From NCBI GenBank assembly GCA_024704765.1, contig JAKMXF010000222.1:1554400-1618399 (forward strand): DNA of 64,000 bases. The letters run 5' to 3'. The notes beneath the pieces are model-generated. The model was given only the letters and a program-made list of their open reading frames with translations, was not told where the DNA came from and did not search any database. Below, piece after piece: positions 50,056-63,300 of the stretch. Both the position numbers and the translations under genes were made by a program. Position 1 is the stretch's first letter. Every line of letters begins with the position of its first letter. The stretch is from Oopsacas minuta. Lineage: Eukaryota > Animalia > Porifera.

Positions 50056-53000
50056 TCAAACTATATATTCTATGTAATTCTCAGGAATCAAACCCCGCTT
50101 TCCATTCAGGTCTGCGAATAGCCATTGGTCCTCATCTGATTTACGAACATTCTCAAATACATCGTATTTTTTAAAACACAATTCATTTTCATTCTCTCCG
50201 TCGCAATCAAATATAGCCCGAGCTTTCTGTCCTTTAGTAGCGTCGTTTGGTGTTGCTTCACTAGATCCAAGGCTCTTCGCTAGCATACCTATGTCTCTGT
50301 GGTCAGGAAGAGGAGATGGGGTCTTGGCCAGGTTGTTAGAGTGATGACAGGGCTTACCGGGAGTAAGAGCGTCAGAGGAGGAGGAGGAGGATGATGTATC
50401 TAGAGTTGCAGTTGGAAGAGACTCTGCCGCCTCCTGGAGTCCACGGGAATTCCTAGCTCCTAGAGGGGCCTTGTCTCTGTGAACAGGTTTCCGTTTAAAC
50501 GGAGAAGAGGCACTAGACACGAGGTCTGATTTAGGAGGGAGGTGTGGCTTATTGTTAGAGTCTAGCATGACTGAATAGGGACGTCCTGCTATAACAGGCT
50601 TACGACTTGGATCAGGGAGAGGGGGAGGCTTGCTGCTAGAGTTCTCAAGTAGTGAAGTCTGAGCTCGTGACGGCTGAGGAGGTCTCGGGGGCATAAAGGA
50701 GAGGGGACGGGTGTTAGGGAAATCAGGAGAAGATTCTCTACCTCCTCGCTCTATAAATAATGTCTGTCTATTCTCTAAGAATCTAGGATGAGGACCAGCC
50801 CTACCTGAACCTCTAAAACTACCACCAGGAATCTGACTATATCTGTTAGTTGAAGGAGTTGACGTAATAGCTCCCGTGTTAGTGATGGTAACAGTACCGT
50901 GTAATATACGCTGATGATCCTCAATGAGCTGCTGCACTATAATATTCTGATACTTTATATTCATGATAGACTGTACAGTCTCGTTACGAGGACGCATTAG
51001 AGTTGGACCAAACACAACTCCTACATTACTAGCTCGCATCATATTCTTATCAGAGTGTTCTGCTACCAGAGCGAAATGAGTGATTAGTAATTTCAGTAAA
51101 TCTTGATTAGACTGAGGGAGATCTCTGATTATTCCTTGTATCTTAAGACTACGTTCATCATAGTTTGGCATTTTAGCGGTAGCAACTATTTCTTCGTGCT
51201 TATTGAATGAAAACAGAGGCTCGGGTAGGGTGTGTGCTAGTAGGTACTTTAGACAGCCTGATACAGTATGAACATCATACTCAGCTTCATCTGAGAAGTC
51301 TATTTTCTCAATCTTCCCTTTATCTACTTCCTTCACTACTTTAGCTATTTTAGCCTGCATACCTGATTTCCTGTATATCCCTTCTTCATCCAATCCTTTC
51401 TCTTCAATTGTAGAAATACACTTGAGAGCAAACTTTATCATCTCTGGGGTAATCTCTAGGTCTAAGGGGAGTGTCTCTAAGTCAAAGTATGTAGGCTCTT
51501 TACCTCCTAGAGCTTCAATCCAAGTCCTGCGGTTACCCTACAATCACATGCAATAACTATTGTATTATAAGTTATATAACATTAAATATAATAATAATAG
51601 GCTTACTTGTGAATCGGCTTGTAAGAGGAATATCCGCTTGTCGTTGGTGATTATCTCAAAACAAAAACGTCTGTCTACTTCATCAGTTTTACAGCGAGTA
51701 CATGATTCCAATTTGGACTTGTACACATCTTTATCTAAAACGTGACCTTTGAACCCAACTGGATTGATAGAATACATATGTACTTCATTCTCAGCTTCAT
51801 GATACTCCACGTAGTGCCTCACCCAGGAGCCCAGCGCTCCCCTCTTCCGCTCAGAGACGTACAGATATCCTCTCGTGATTCCAGGGATAGGAGCTCCCTT
51901 CTCTCGCACTCGCTTCATCAGTTCGTGAGCTTTATCAATAGTTGAGTCGTAAGAATCTCTAGTTAGCTGAATACTGTATTGTAAGTCGTAGCACAGTGGT
52001 GTAAGGTTCTGAGATTCTTCATACGACTACAGATATAAATATATATATAATTGCGTCATCATAGATGTATAATATCATATGAAACATGCCTGATGATAGA
52101 AAGTGAATGTGTCCCGTACTAGTCCTAAGATAGGCTCCATACATTCAAATACTTTCCTCTCATGTACAGCTTGTAAGCACTCTAAGTATTGAAATGCTTG
52201 AGTTTGGTAAGTTTCTTTAATGTTATCCCATTCTTTATCATTTTCTTGTAATACCTGTAGTAATAACAATTCATGTTAGTGTATTGAAAGAGCGTAATCA
52301 TATATAAAGATGGTAATTGACGGGCGTAGGCTCCGGTAGGGTTAGCGAGGCTACTAATTCTACAGTCCCCATAGAGTGTAATAAAGAAAGTGTGTGTATG
52401 GCTCTAACAATCCTGTTACCCCCCATGGCTCCTAGGGCCCTAATAATCCACATCTAGCCTGTAGAGCATAAAATGTGTGAAATTAATGTTAGAAAAGGCC
52501 ATACCACAAGTGCGAATCAGCATCCCACACATATTTCAAGTTGATCGGATTGTTAGATTTCGCAGGATAGTACAGAGGTGGCACATAGATAATTCATCTC
52601 CCTAAATTGTTACAAAATGAGACAATCAGTAGTTTACCTGTTCTTTCTTCTTAATTGTGAGTCCCATTCGTTTGTCCATAGCTCCATAAAACTGGTCTGT
52701 TGTCTTCTCAAAAGCTCGTTTCTGTTCCTTAAGGGGACTGATACAATTCTTTCTAAACCCTTCCAATCCATTACACACCCTATAGGTAATGTTTTCAGTC
52801 AATCTCTCCCTCTGCTCCTCTATCGTACGAATATGCTCAGCGAACTCCATGAGTGAGCTCAATATCTTTTCTTCCATCTCAGATCTCTCTCCCACCGTCT
52901 CAAAACTAAATGCACCTAGTACATCAGCGAAAGCAAGTTGTGCTTTCGAGAATTCTTTTGTTGCATTGATTACTTTCCGTACCTCTTTAACAAGTCCTTT

Positions 53001-53108
53001 AATTGAGTCAGAAGTACACTCTACCTCCTTCTCATAGGCATTCAGTTTCTCTCTGAAATTGGGCGTATCATGATAGCACTCATGGTATTCGATTACCTTG
53101 AGGACCAT
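50056..53108 (-). CDS. BAR-PH-RhoGAP-SH3 protein (GRAF/ARHGAP26/10, oligophrenin family), ~845 aa
   Basis: Exons 53108-52638, 52254-52090, 52026-51607, 51537-50056. IEYHECYHDTPNFRE (BAR), GYLYV..RRFCFEI (PH), GLDEEGIYRKSG..NVGVVFGPTLMRP (GAP), KARAIFDC..GLIPENYIE (SH3). Intron 2 needs a GC donor. Confidence 0.92.
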
Positions 53109-53479
53109 TTATAAGCTAAGTATGAAATTTTAGTTTGATTTCTAGCAAATATGTTTGCAGTTTTTACTTAAAAAGAAAACTACTACTCGTATATTTCATT
53201 TTATAAGACGAATTTAGTCCAATTGAGTGTGAACAATTTCAGTTTGAAGCTTCCTTAGAAGTTACGAGCTACGATGCCTACGAAAAGACCCCCAATAATA
53301 TAGATATTATGAACACAAATTCCGTTCATTTTCGTAGATGAACTCGCTTAATAGGAAAATGAGAGGTTAATTCAGAGGTATAGAGTAGTCCACTATTAAT
53401 TGAATGGGGTGCTGCATTTGTATTGGAGTAAGAATTTGTCAAAGTAATCATGGATAGACCCCCGAGGATGTATGCCTAG

Positions 53480-53624
53480 CACCACTACCACCACCACCAC
53501 TACCACCACCACCACCACCACCACCACCACCACCACCACCACCACCACCACCACCACCACCACCACCACACCACCACCCACCACCACCACCACCACCACC
53601 ACCACCACCACCACCACCACCACC
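53480..53624. repeat. (CCA)n microsatellite, ~145 bp, imperfect
   Basis: Read directly from the sequence. Confidence 0.95.
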
Positions 53625-54229
53625 TGAACCAATTATGGCATTAAGCAGCTGTTTTGACATATATATCGGAATCCGGAATAATATCCCTGAGTAGACAATT
53701 CAGACAAATAACGAGCAGTCGGTGTAAACTCGTCAGTTCATGACTTATTTATTCATTCAATATATTAGGATAGAATATCAAATATGTAGGAAACTATAAT
53801 GTCAATTCTCCTATAGTGATTCATTATACTTCTATTTTTCAGCTAATATAATCTTAGAGAGAAGTTACAGAATAATTCCAGCTAAATTAGCTATAAAATT
53901 GAAGATCTAATTATTGACAAGGTTTCATAATTATAAATACTATAATGACCATATTAACAGTTGTTTGGACTGGTCAGACAAGTCATAATTATTTAAAGTA
54001 TAGTAAGTCATAGACTATGAGCAAATATACCATTTTATTCAAAAAAAGGATAACTACATGACATTAGGTCAGTAGGTTCGCGGACAAGCATTGTACACAG
54101 TACATACAGCTCAACTTGATATGCTTAATCGATTCAGAATACTTGAATACTCCAAATAGCAGTTAAGAGCAAGTTTATATGATTGTTGTGAAAATAAACA
54201 GATAATATATTTACATTAATTAACTAATA

Positions 54230-56244
54230 CAGTGGATTCCGCTTAATGTGGGCACATCGGTCCAGCACGTTTCGTCCACATTAAGCGGCTGCCCAGATTA
54301 TCCGAAGTTTAATCAATCCATGATTTCATTAATAACCATTCTAGAGTTACCGTCCTTTAGCATTCATAGAATGTCGAAGCGAACGGACTTGCTTATTTCA
54401 GAGAAGATAGCTCTCCTGAAGAAATTCCGTTCCCAACCTCGGGGAACAAGCCAGAGAAAGTTATGCGAGCTCTTCGGGGTGCCAAAGTCCACCGTTTCGA
54501 AGTTACTGAATGAAGAAACTTTGCTAACAGAACGATGGACACTAGAGCAGGCAAGTCTTGGGAAACGGAAGAGAGATAGAAAGGATCCAGAGGTCGAGGA
54601 GGCATTGAATCTTTGGTTTAGTGCTGTTCTCACCAAAGGCATTAGAATCAGTGGACCAATTTTGAAAAATAAAGCCGAGGAACTCGCTCAAATGCTAGGC
54701 AGGTCGGATTTCGAAGCAACTGATGGCTGGTTGTCGCGCTGGAAAAAAAGGCACACGATAAAATATAAGCGAGCCCATGGTGAGAAGGGTAGTGCTGATA
54801 CGGTGGAAGCTGAAAAGTGGATGTCTATTGTTTTTCTCAGCTCTTGCGCTAGTATAAGCCCGACGATATTTACAATGCGGACGAGACGGGGTTGTACTAC
54901 CGAGCAACTCCAGATGGCTCGTTATGTTACGCTTACCAACAGCTCAGTGGTTCAAAGAAGGCTATGGACCGTGTAACAATCCTGTGCTGTGCAAACATGT
55001 CCGGCAATGACAAAGTTAAGCTACTCGTGATCGGGAAGAGCAAGAAACCTCGTTGCTTCAAGGGCATAGATATGGATACGCTGCCAGTCAGTTACCGTGC
55101 GAATAAGAATGCGTGGATGACAAGTTTGTTGTTTGAAGAGTGGATCACTAGGTGGGATTCTGCTTTAGGAAAGCAATCACGCAAAATCCTTCTTCTAGTG
55201 GACAACTGCACAGCGCATCCAGCTCTTGACACGCTGAAGAATATTCGCTTGGAATTCTTGCCACCAAACACCACCTCACTAATACAGCCAATGGACCAAG
55301 GCATAATTAAGAACATCAAGGGTCATTATAGAAAAGAGTTAGTGCAGATGACCATTACCGCTATCGAAGACAACCTGCTAAGTACATCTTGCACGGCCAC
55401 AGAAGTAAGTGCAAAAATAACCGTCTTAGATGCTATTCGTGTTGTAGCCAAGAGCTGGCGACAGGTGAAGACCCAGACTATAGCCAACTGCTTCCGTAAA
55501 GGTGGCTTTTGGGTGACGGCATCTGAAGAGGGTACAGAAAAAAATCTAGCTTCGCAGGAGAGCAACGAGGAGCAAGCCTTGCCAAAAGTCGTAATGGCGA
55601 CAGCTACCTCCTGATAGATGAAGATATGAAATGTTACAATGAGGACGGCACTCTTGAAGATGACATCGTTAAGACACTCTCAAACAAGCGCCTTTGCCTA
55701 GAGGACGGCAGCGACAGTGACTCTGATAATGACACAGTAGTAAGAATAAGTAACGTGGCAGCCAAGCGCTCCATACAGGTTTTGCAGCAGTACTTCGTCG
55801 AGCAGGGTTTCAGCGATACACTTCATGCTAGTCTGGATATGTGTGCTGACGAAGTTTTTTCGAATGCTGCTTCTAAAATGGCACAAACTACCCTGGACCC
55901 GTTCTTGGCGTAGTTATAGATTATACAAATCAACTTTTGTTCCACGTATTTAGCATATACAGTCGACTCCGCTTAATCGGGTCACTTTGGTTCAGAGCAT
56001 TTTGACCCGATTAAGCGGAATAAATTAATACTATTCTATGGTTTTGTTCTTGGCCAAGTGACCTGATTAAGCGGAGTCGATTGTAATTCAACTTCAATCT
56101 ATGATATTTAGAATTGGTTTGTCCACATTAACCGAATTATTGCCCATATTAACCGTAGTAATATAGTACACGTAATATAGAAATGAATCCGTCCCTGGTA
56201 AAATGCCCACATTAACCGGTGCCCACATTAAGCGGAATCCACTG
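54230..56244 (+). mobile_element. Full-length Tigger/pogo transposon, defective
   Basis: Perfect TIR cagtggattccgcttaatgtgggcac at both ends, TA flanks. Transposase from ATG 54371 to 55913: psq and CENP-B HTHs, YNADETGLYY, LLVDNCTAH, QPMDQGII. Frameshift plus TAG near 54830-54852 and a second frameshift near 55600. Confidence 0.93.
55960..56083. mobile_element. Tigger-type MITE nested inside the Tigger element
   Basis: ta|cagtcgactccgcttaatcgggtc ... gacctgattaagcggagtcgattg|ta. Confidence 0.85.
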
Positions 56245-57363
56245 TATCTACAAGTATGATAGGATTGATAACTCAAATTTAATATTTAAAAAAGCTGAAA
56301 TAAAATTCAAAACGGGGACAGACTGCTACAAAATTTATTCAACAATACTGTTGTTAACAATTCAATTCAGACTAGGAATTCAGTACACAAAACTAACTGG
56401 CTGAAGATATTAAAGAGAATGAAGTATAATTATTATTATAATGTTATACGCAGAAAGCTACAGTAATGTATACAGAAATATCTCTACTTAAACAATCCCT
56501 TATAACTAGCTCATGATGTCTCTCCTAAATCCAATTACAAAACTCATAATCTAGTACTATGTCCTTACAGTAAAACTAAATTAAATACTTGCACATGTCA
56601 TGCATTACAGCACATTACAGCAAATATGTGAATTAGTCCATATCTTACCTTCAACTTGGGACCATGGTTAGTTCTGGGAGCAAAAGTGTGTCCTGATGGC
56701 CATATATAATATCTTGGCAATTGGTTACGTTCATACATACCTCATTTGTGGTATTAATTTATGTTTAACTTAATATATGAACAATTATAATTATGAATAC
56801 AAGTCAGTGACCAATTGAACTCGGCAGTGAATAAGAAAGTTGTACATATTCCAAATCAGTTCGCAGTAACAAAGCCTTTTAAATTCAGTGATTACAAAAG
56901 AAAGAAATTTACTCGGAGGCCAATTTACCATTACAAACCTTTGCAATCAATGAATGAAGAAGCTAAATTCAAGATAATACTTGAAAGCAAATAATTAAAC
57001 TTTTGTGACAAGAACACGTAAGAATAGCAATGTCAATATGTTCCAAATTTATAGTCAAGGTAATTAGGTCTAACATTCATTAAATGAATAGGAATATAAA
57101 ACGAATATACTCAAACAATAGAAAAAGGGTACATATATGTATTTGCCGGCGAAATGCGTTCTCAAGTTATGATTTTCGCTTCAATATGTACGCGTATTAT
57201 ATAATCCAAAATACACAGAACACTTCATGATATATCCATCATATAGTAACAGTAAATACAAGCAGAGCGAATATTCTTGTTGCAAACACACTCCTACATG
57301 ATTGCAATAAAAACTTGTTAAAATCTTTAGATAACAAATAAACAGTTTATTAACAATATGTAA

Positions 57364-60300
57364 TCATGGTTCATGTTGAAGAGTAGCTTTATCGACTTCA
57401 AATGTAGCATCATATTCATCAGTTGAGTTATGTAAAGTCCCATGCCTATAAAATTAACAAATTTATAAGTAGCATTATTTATACTTTACTCAAAAATATG
57501 TAGTAAGATGTAGATAGTAGATTCAACTGAAATACCTGACAATTTTATCCCATTGGAGTTTATATTTGGGTTTCCTATACAACTTCAGCAAGAGAGAGGA
57601 GCAGACTACAGTGAGAGAGGAAAATATCATCGCAGCAGCTGCCATCCATGGCTCCATCATAATTCCAATAGGATAGAGAATACCTACGTAATTAATAAAC
57701 AGTTATAGGAGCTGCAATATAATCATTTAGTATATTAGTTAAGTCTTACCAGCAGCAACAGGTATGGAAATATAGTTGTATAAAGTAGCCCAGATGAAGT
57801 TTAGATATATTCTCCTTACAGTAGTACGAGAGAGGTCTACTGCTGTTGCTACATCTAGCAGGTTATTCTACATACAAATACAGAGATTAATGTATATAAT
57901 TGTAGTAGTGAGGGAGTTCAACAAAATTTACAATAAATAGAAAATATTTCACCATATAGTGAGACTTAATAAAAAATAGCAATCAAGTTACCTTAACAAG
58001 TATTATGTCAGCAGTTTCCATCGCGATATCAGTACCAGATCCAATAGCAATTCCTACGTCAGCTTGAGCGAGAGCTGGTGAGTCATTGATCCCGTCTCCC
58101 ACCATGCAAACTACATTGCCAGCTCTCTGTAACGACCTGATACACTCTTTCTTGTGGGAGGGGAGCACCTCAGCTATCACATCTTTCTCCTGGATTCCAA
58201 CTTGCTTAGCTATTACCTTAGCTGTTACTTTATTATCTCCAGTTAATAGCAATACCTATACAGAATACACTCAATATACGTGTAGTCAATTTCGATACAA
58301 AAGAACTTCTGAAGCGAGGGACCAGATCTTTGGAGCCTATTCCCCGACTCAGGAGGTTCCACTGTACATATATGTTAACATCATCATGCATTATATCGTC
58401 AGAAATACGGAATAATAAAGCAGTCTGAAGATCTGTCCTTATGTAAAATTTGTTAATTGTATTTAACTAAGGCTTCAGCACTGTTCAGGTTATCGAAGTG
58501 TCAGATAATCGAGGTCTACCAAATATGAAAAATTAATTATTTAATGAACCTGCTTCCTCAAGTGTTTTATAATTTCTACTGCCTGTTTCGCATCAGGTTT
58601 GATTGGGTCATGTATAGCCAGTGATGCTACCAACTGAGAGTCAATAGCAACAAATACGAGGGTATTCCCTTCTCGCTCCAAGTGGGTGAGATCTTGACCT
58701 ACTAGCATGGAGATAGGAACCTGGTTCCTATTCATGATCTCTCTGTTACCAACAATTACAGTATATTCCTCTTTGCAGTTAACTAAATAAATGAAATGTA
58801 TATATCATTGTCTATATGATGATCAGTGGAGTTCCTTAATAACAAATTATCATAATATGAAGGAAAATTCATGCAAAATATGATTCGCTAATAGATTAAC
58901 TCCACTGTAATCTTGCTTATGTAAACTTACAAAATCTAGTTTGTCCAATAGTGCTGATTGTAGCTTTAAGTCCTAATCCCGGGTAGAGTTCAAACTCTAG
59001 ACAGCGTCCATACTTTTGTAACTTCAATTCATCTTTGGCATAGTTGAGAATAGCCCGTGCTAGAGGATGTTCACTCCCAGCCTCAGCAGATGCAAGAAGC
59101 CATATGATCAGCTCCTTCGAGAACTCCTCTAGTGATACTAACAGACTCATCTGGGCTACTACCGGTCTCCCACAGGTCAATGTACCAGTCTTGTCGAATA
59201 CAATTATTTTTGTTTGACGCATCTTTTCAAGGGGCTGTCCTCCCTTAATTAGGATCCCCATAGATGCTCCAATACCTGTCCCCATAATAACAGCTGTAGG
59301 AGTAGCAAGACCTAGTGCACAGGGACAGGCTACTGCCAAGACTGATATAGTGAACTGTAGTGCATATGATACGTCATAGAGACAGTCTGTGTACTGTCCT
59401 AAAAAGCAGAATGTATAGCAAAGAACCGTAAATACAAGTGTGATTAATTTGTAACTTTTTAGAAATTCATTAGGAAAACACAACTATCCCACCCCTCGGG
59501 ATTCATCCCCATGATGTATACATTTATACGGCTAGGTCGTATTTGACCATAGATTATGAATTATTCGAATTATGAATTAAATATAGGTATCAAATGAATT
59601 AGTTGAGGAAGCAGCTAAATCGTGGGCGTAGCGGAGAAATTTTATTTTGGGGGTACACAGAATTTGTAGTTCACAAATATTCGGTGGCCTTATTCAAAAT
59701 TTGGGGCTACTGATAAGGTTTTTGGGAGGCAGGCCCCCAAACTACGCCCATGAGCTAAACAGACTTTCACAAAATTATTTGTTATTTCCCCAGTGCGAAC
59801 AAAAACACCTATATTCTTATCATATTGATCCAATTTGATAAGATTTTCAGGAATTTGAGAACCCCTAATTAGGTTTTACCCACACAAGATATTTGCAAAC
59901 ATTCTGTAAATACAGAAAAACCTGTAATATTTTTTACAATAAACTCGAATAAGTAGTACGTAGACTACGTACCATTCGAGTATATGTCTTATCTGGATAG
60001 GGATTGTACTAAATGAATGGGATTATTTTTAAGGATATATGTACGAAGTAGTACGGATTAACCGAGTGTACGCCTTATCCGATTCCTACTGTGAATTAGT
60101 AAACTTAGATATACGGTATAGTATAAGTTAGTTTATATACAAAATTTACTATGTATATATACCTGCAGTATTGTTTAAATGTGTTCCATTAATGTGTGTC
60201 AGATTACGATTGCATAAGAATCTCCATTGAAATTTTTCAGCTAGAAGTATGAGAGTAATCCAGAAGGTGAATGTCAGGAAAGATAGAGATATTACTATAG

Positions 60301-63300
60301 GCACAAATACACTACTGATCTTATCTGCTAGCTTCTGCACGTTAGCTTTATTAGTCTGAGCTTCTTGCACGAGATGTAATATCTGAGATAACATAGTATC
60401 TTCTCCCGCGTGAGTAACCTCTACTAATAGCCAGGAGCTGGTGTTAAGAGATCCTCCTATCACTGTATCACCAACAGATTTCACCTGAGGCATAGCTTCA
60501 CCGGAAATTAACGACTCGTCTAGATAAGATTTCCCTTGTAGTATTGTACCATCAATTGGCACCTAATTGAATTATGTAAATGATTATACGTAGTATTATA
60601 ATAGATTTTAGATTATTTGTTCGATTTGAATATTGAATTAATACTATGTATAAATGCCCCATACGATTGACTACAGTCAATGCTCAGCATACGTAAATTC
60701 GAAGGAGTACAAGAGGCCTAGCGCACCGAGACAGGCCACTTACATATGCATTACAGTTCGCAATAGCAGTCCTCGAAATGGCATGTCCCTGTGCAATAAG
60801 TCTTGCTACCAGGTGATATTAACCAGCAAGTTTGCATCTAATCGGAATAATTGACAACAAAGGAAAGTAAATAATTATGCATCTATTAGTATAAGCAGGA
60901 AATTACTCTAGTATAAATAACCTTATCACCAGGTAGTATCTTGACAACATCACCCTTCTGTAACAGTTCAGTAGCTATGCTCTCTTCTTTAATTACATTC
61001 TCATTCTTGCCTAGCTCAACAAGAATAGCATCAGTAGGCTGAAGAGAGATAAGCTTAGAAAGAGCTTCAGAAGTCTTACCTATATAATTATTACTAAAAT
61101 AAATACTGTCAAATCCCGTTATATCGAAGCTTAAGGGACAGCGCTAATTACTTCGATATGAGCGGAGTTCGATGTAAATGATTAAATTTATGTAACTTTT
61201 ACGGTTTAGGATCAGTTTGGGAGCAAATTTATACAATTAAGAGTTCGATATATGCGGGCGCGGGTATTGCGATATCCGTGTTCGATAACGGGAGTTGACT
61301 GCAACAAGGCTGGTGTTGGTTAACAGAATTTACTGAGTAGTTAAAACCTTTTCGAAAATAGAGGTTAACCGGTTAACGGCGGGAATTTTTCCTAAATCTA
61401 ATCAATGAAGTTTGGTGACTAAATTTGAAAATATCAATACATATCATCACATATGCATTCTTGAAGCTATTGCAACTAACAAAACTATCGAAGTTTAGGA
61501 ATACAGACCTAAAATGTAACTTTCATAAATACCCAACTAGCAGAATTCGTGTATATAATTTCGAACATCTCAAAACCTTAGGAACACTGAATATGCTGGT
61601 GAAAATGATACTATTCGGTTAACCGAATATATTTTCTCCTAGCAGTTAACTGAATATAGCGGCGATTAACCGGCTAACCTGCTAACCGAATCCAGCCCTG
61701 ATGACAAATACAAATAAATTCATCATTTACCTCTTGCCAGATGTTCAAGCCACCTGCCGAATGAAATGAAGGTTATTAACATAGGGGATGTTTCAAAGAA
61801 TGTCTTCAGTTTAACCTCTCCTTCTACAAGACTCCAAATACTTATTGCCAAACTGTACGTGTAAGCTATGGTAGTTGCTAGAACAATCAAGAGGTCCATG
61901 CTGGCGCTCTTATGACGTAAGGCGCGTAGGGCTGGAGGGTAGAACTGACTCCCTCCTACTATCTGTACGACTGTTGATAGACAGAAGAGGAGGAGTGTTC
62001 GTAGTTGGAGTCCAGGTAAAATCACTATCTTGAACCAATCCAGAGGAACCCATATCGTAAACATGACAGGTATCGTGAATATGAGAGATACTAAGAACAC
62101 GACAGCCCATTTCTTAGTGACGTCATGATTCACTAGTCCAGCTAGTTTGTTACCAGTCACTTCTTCTGCTTTGAATCCTGAGCTCTTGATACGCCTCAGG
62201 ATTTCTCTGGGAGTAACAACAGACGGATTGTACTCGATATGAGCTCTGAAGAGAATTTACATAATTAGAAATGTAATGTATATTATAATGTTACGAATAA
62301 ACGCGCCGACAGTGGCCTAACGTGGTAAATTATTACCCTGAGTGGAACCTCAAAAGCCCTGTACAAAGTCCAGGTGTGAAATATAATTTAGCTTACTACA
62401 GCAGAACCTCGTTAATAGGTACACGAGCGAACCTTCGAAATTTATACTTCTTATCCGGAGTATTTATTATTAACCAGGGCAATATCAATTGAATATTTCT
62501 TCGTATTAACCGTGTTCGTATTAGTGGTGGGACCCGGTTCCAAAATTTCGATTAATATTTGATACCCGGGTAATATAATATTACACAAGAAATAGCATAG
62601 TCTCTAGATACTATCCCTCCTACCAGTGTAGAAGCTGAAAGTGCATCTTCCGCACCAGGCATTTTCAACACGATGTTAAGATCTAGTTTAAGTGACGCCT
62701 CCTTGGATTCATTAGTATTTCTCAAAGGTCATTTCAAGAATACTACAAAATAGTGGACTGGCAGAATAATTACTACTAGTTGATGACAAGATAATGCGAT
62801 AGGTCTTTAGTTATCTATTGTATTAAATTATATTGCTATTTAGTTTGATTGACTAACATATATTGTAGTTAATGGGTAGAGAACATGACAGATTTGATCC
62901 TGAAATATTCGACTTATTGTGCTTCTCTGATAAGAAAATAAGCATGTAACCCACTGTAATTCAAATACTCGGGTACCCAGTTATAGCCGGATCTTAGATA
63001 ATGAGGATTCTTTAACGGCCCTAGTTCGTACTAACGAGGTTATATTGTATACTGTTAAATTAACTAAACATTTCCCTTCAGGGTATTTACAAAATAAGTG
63101 TCTATCGATATTGTACACCTCCAATCTTCCATTCTGAGGTGAGTTAATATTATCTCTGGTTCTATCATGGTTTGATGCCTGTATTATGCACCACAATCTG
63201 ATTGGCTTAAATTATACCACCCAGTAATTCACAAATATATATTGCTAGTATTAGATTACAAGGACTGTGTACACCATAATAATGTAATAGAATGAGTAAT

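Noticed and set aside
60490-60530. TGE to SGE change in the ATP7 actuator motif as a sign of altered function
   Set aside because: It is a conservative single change with all other catalytic motifs intact; not enough to claim anything.
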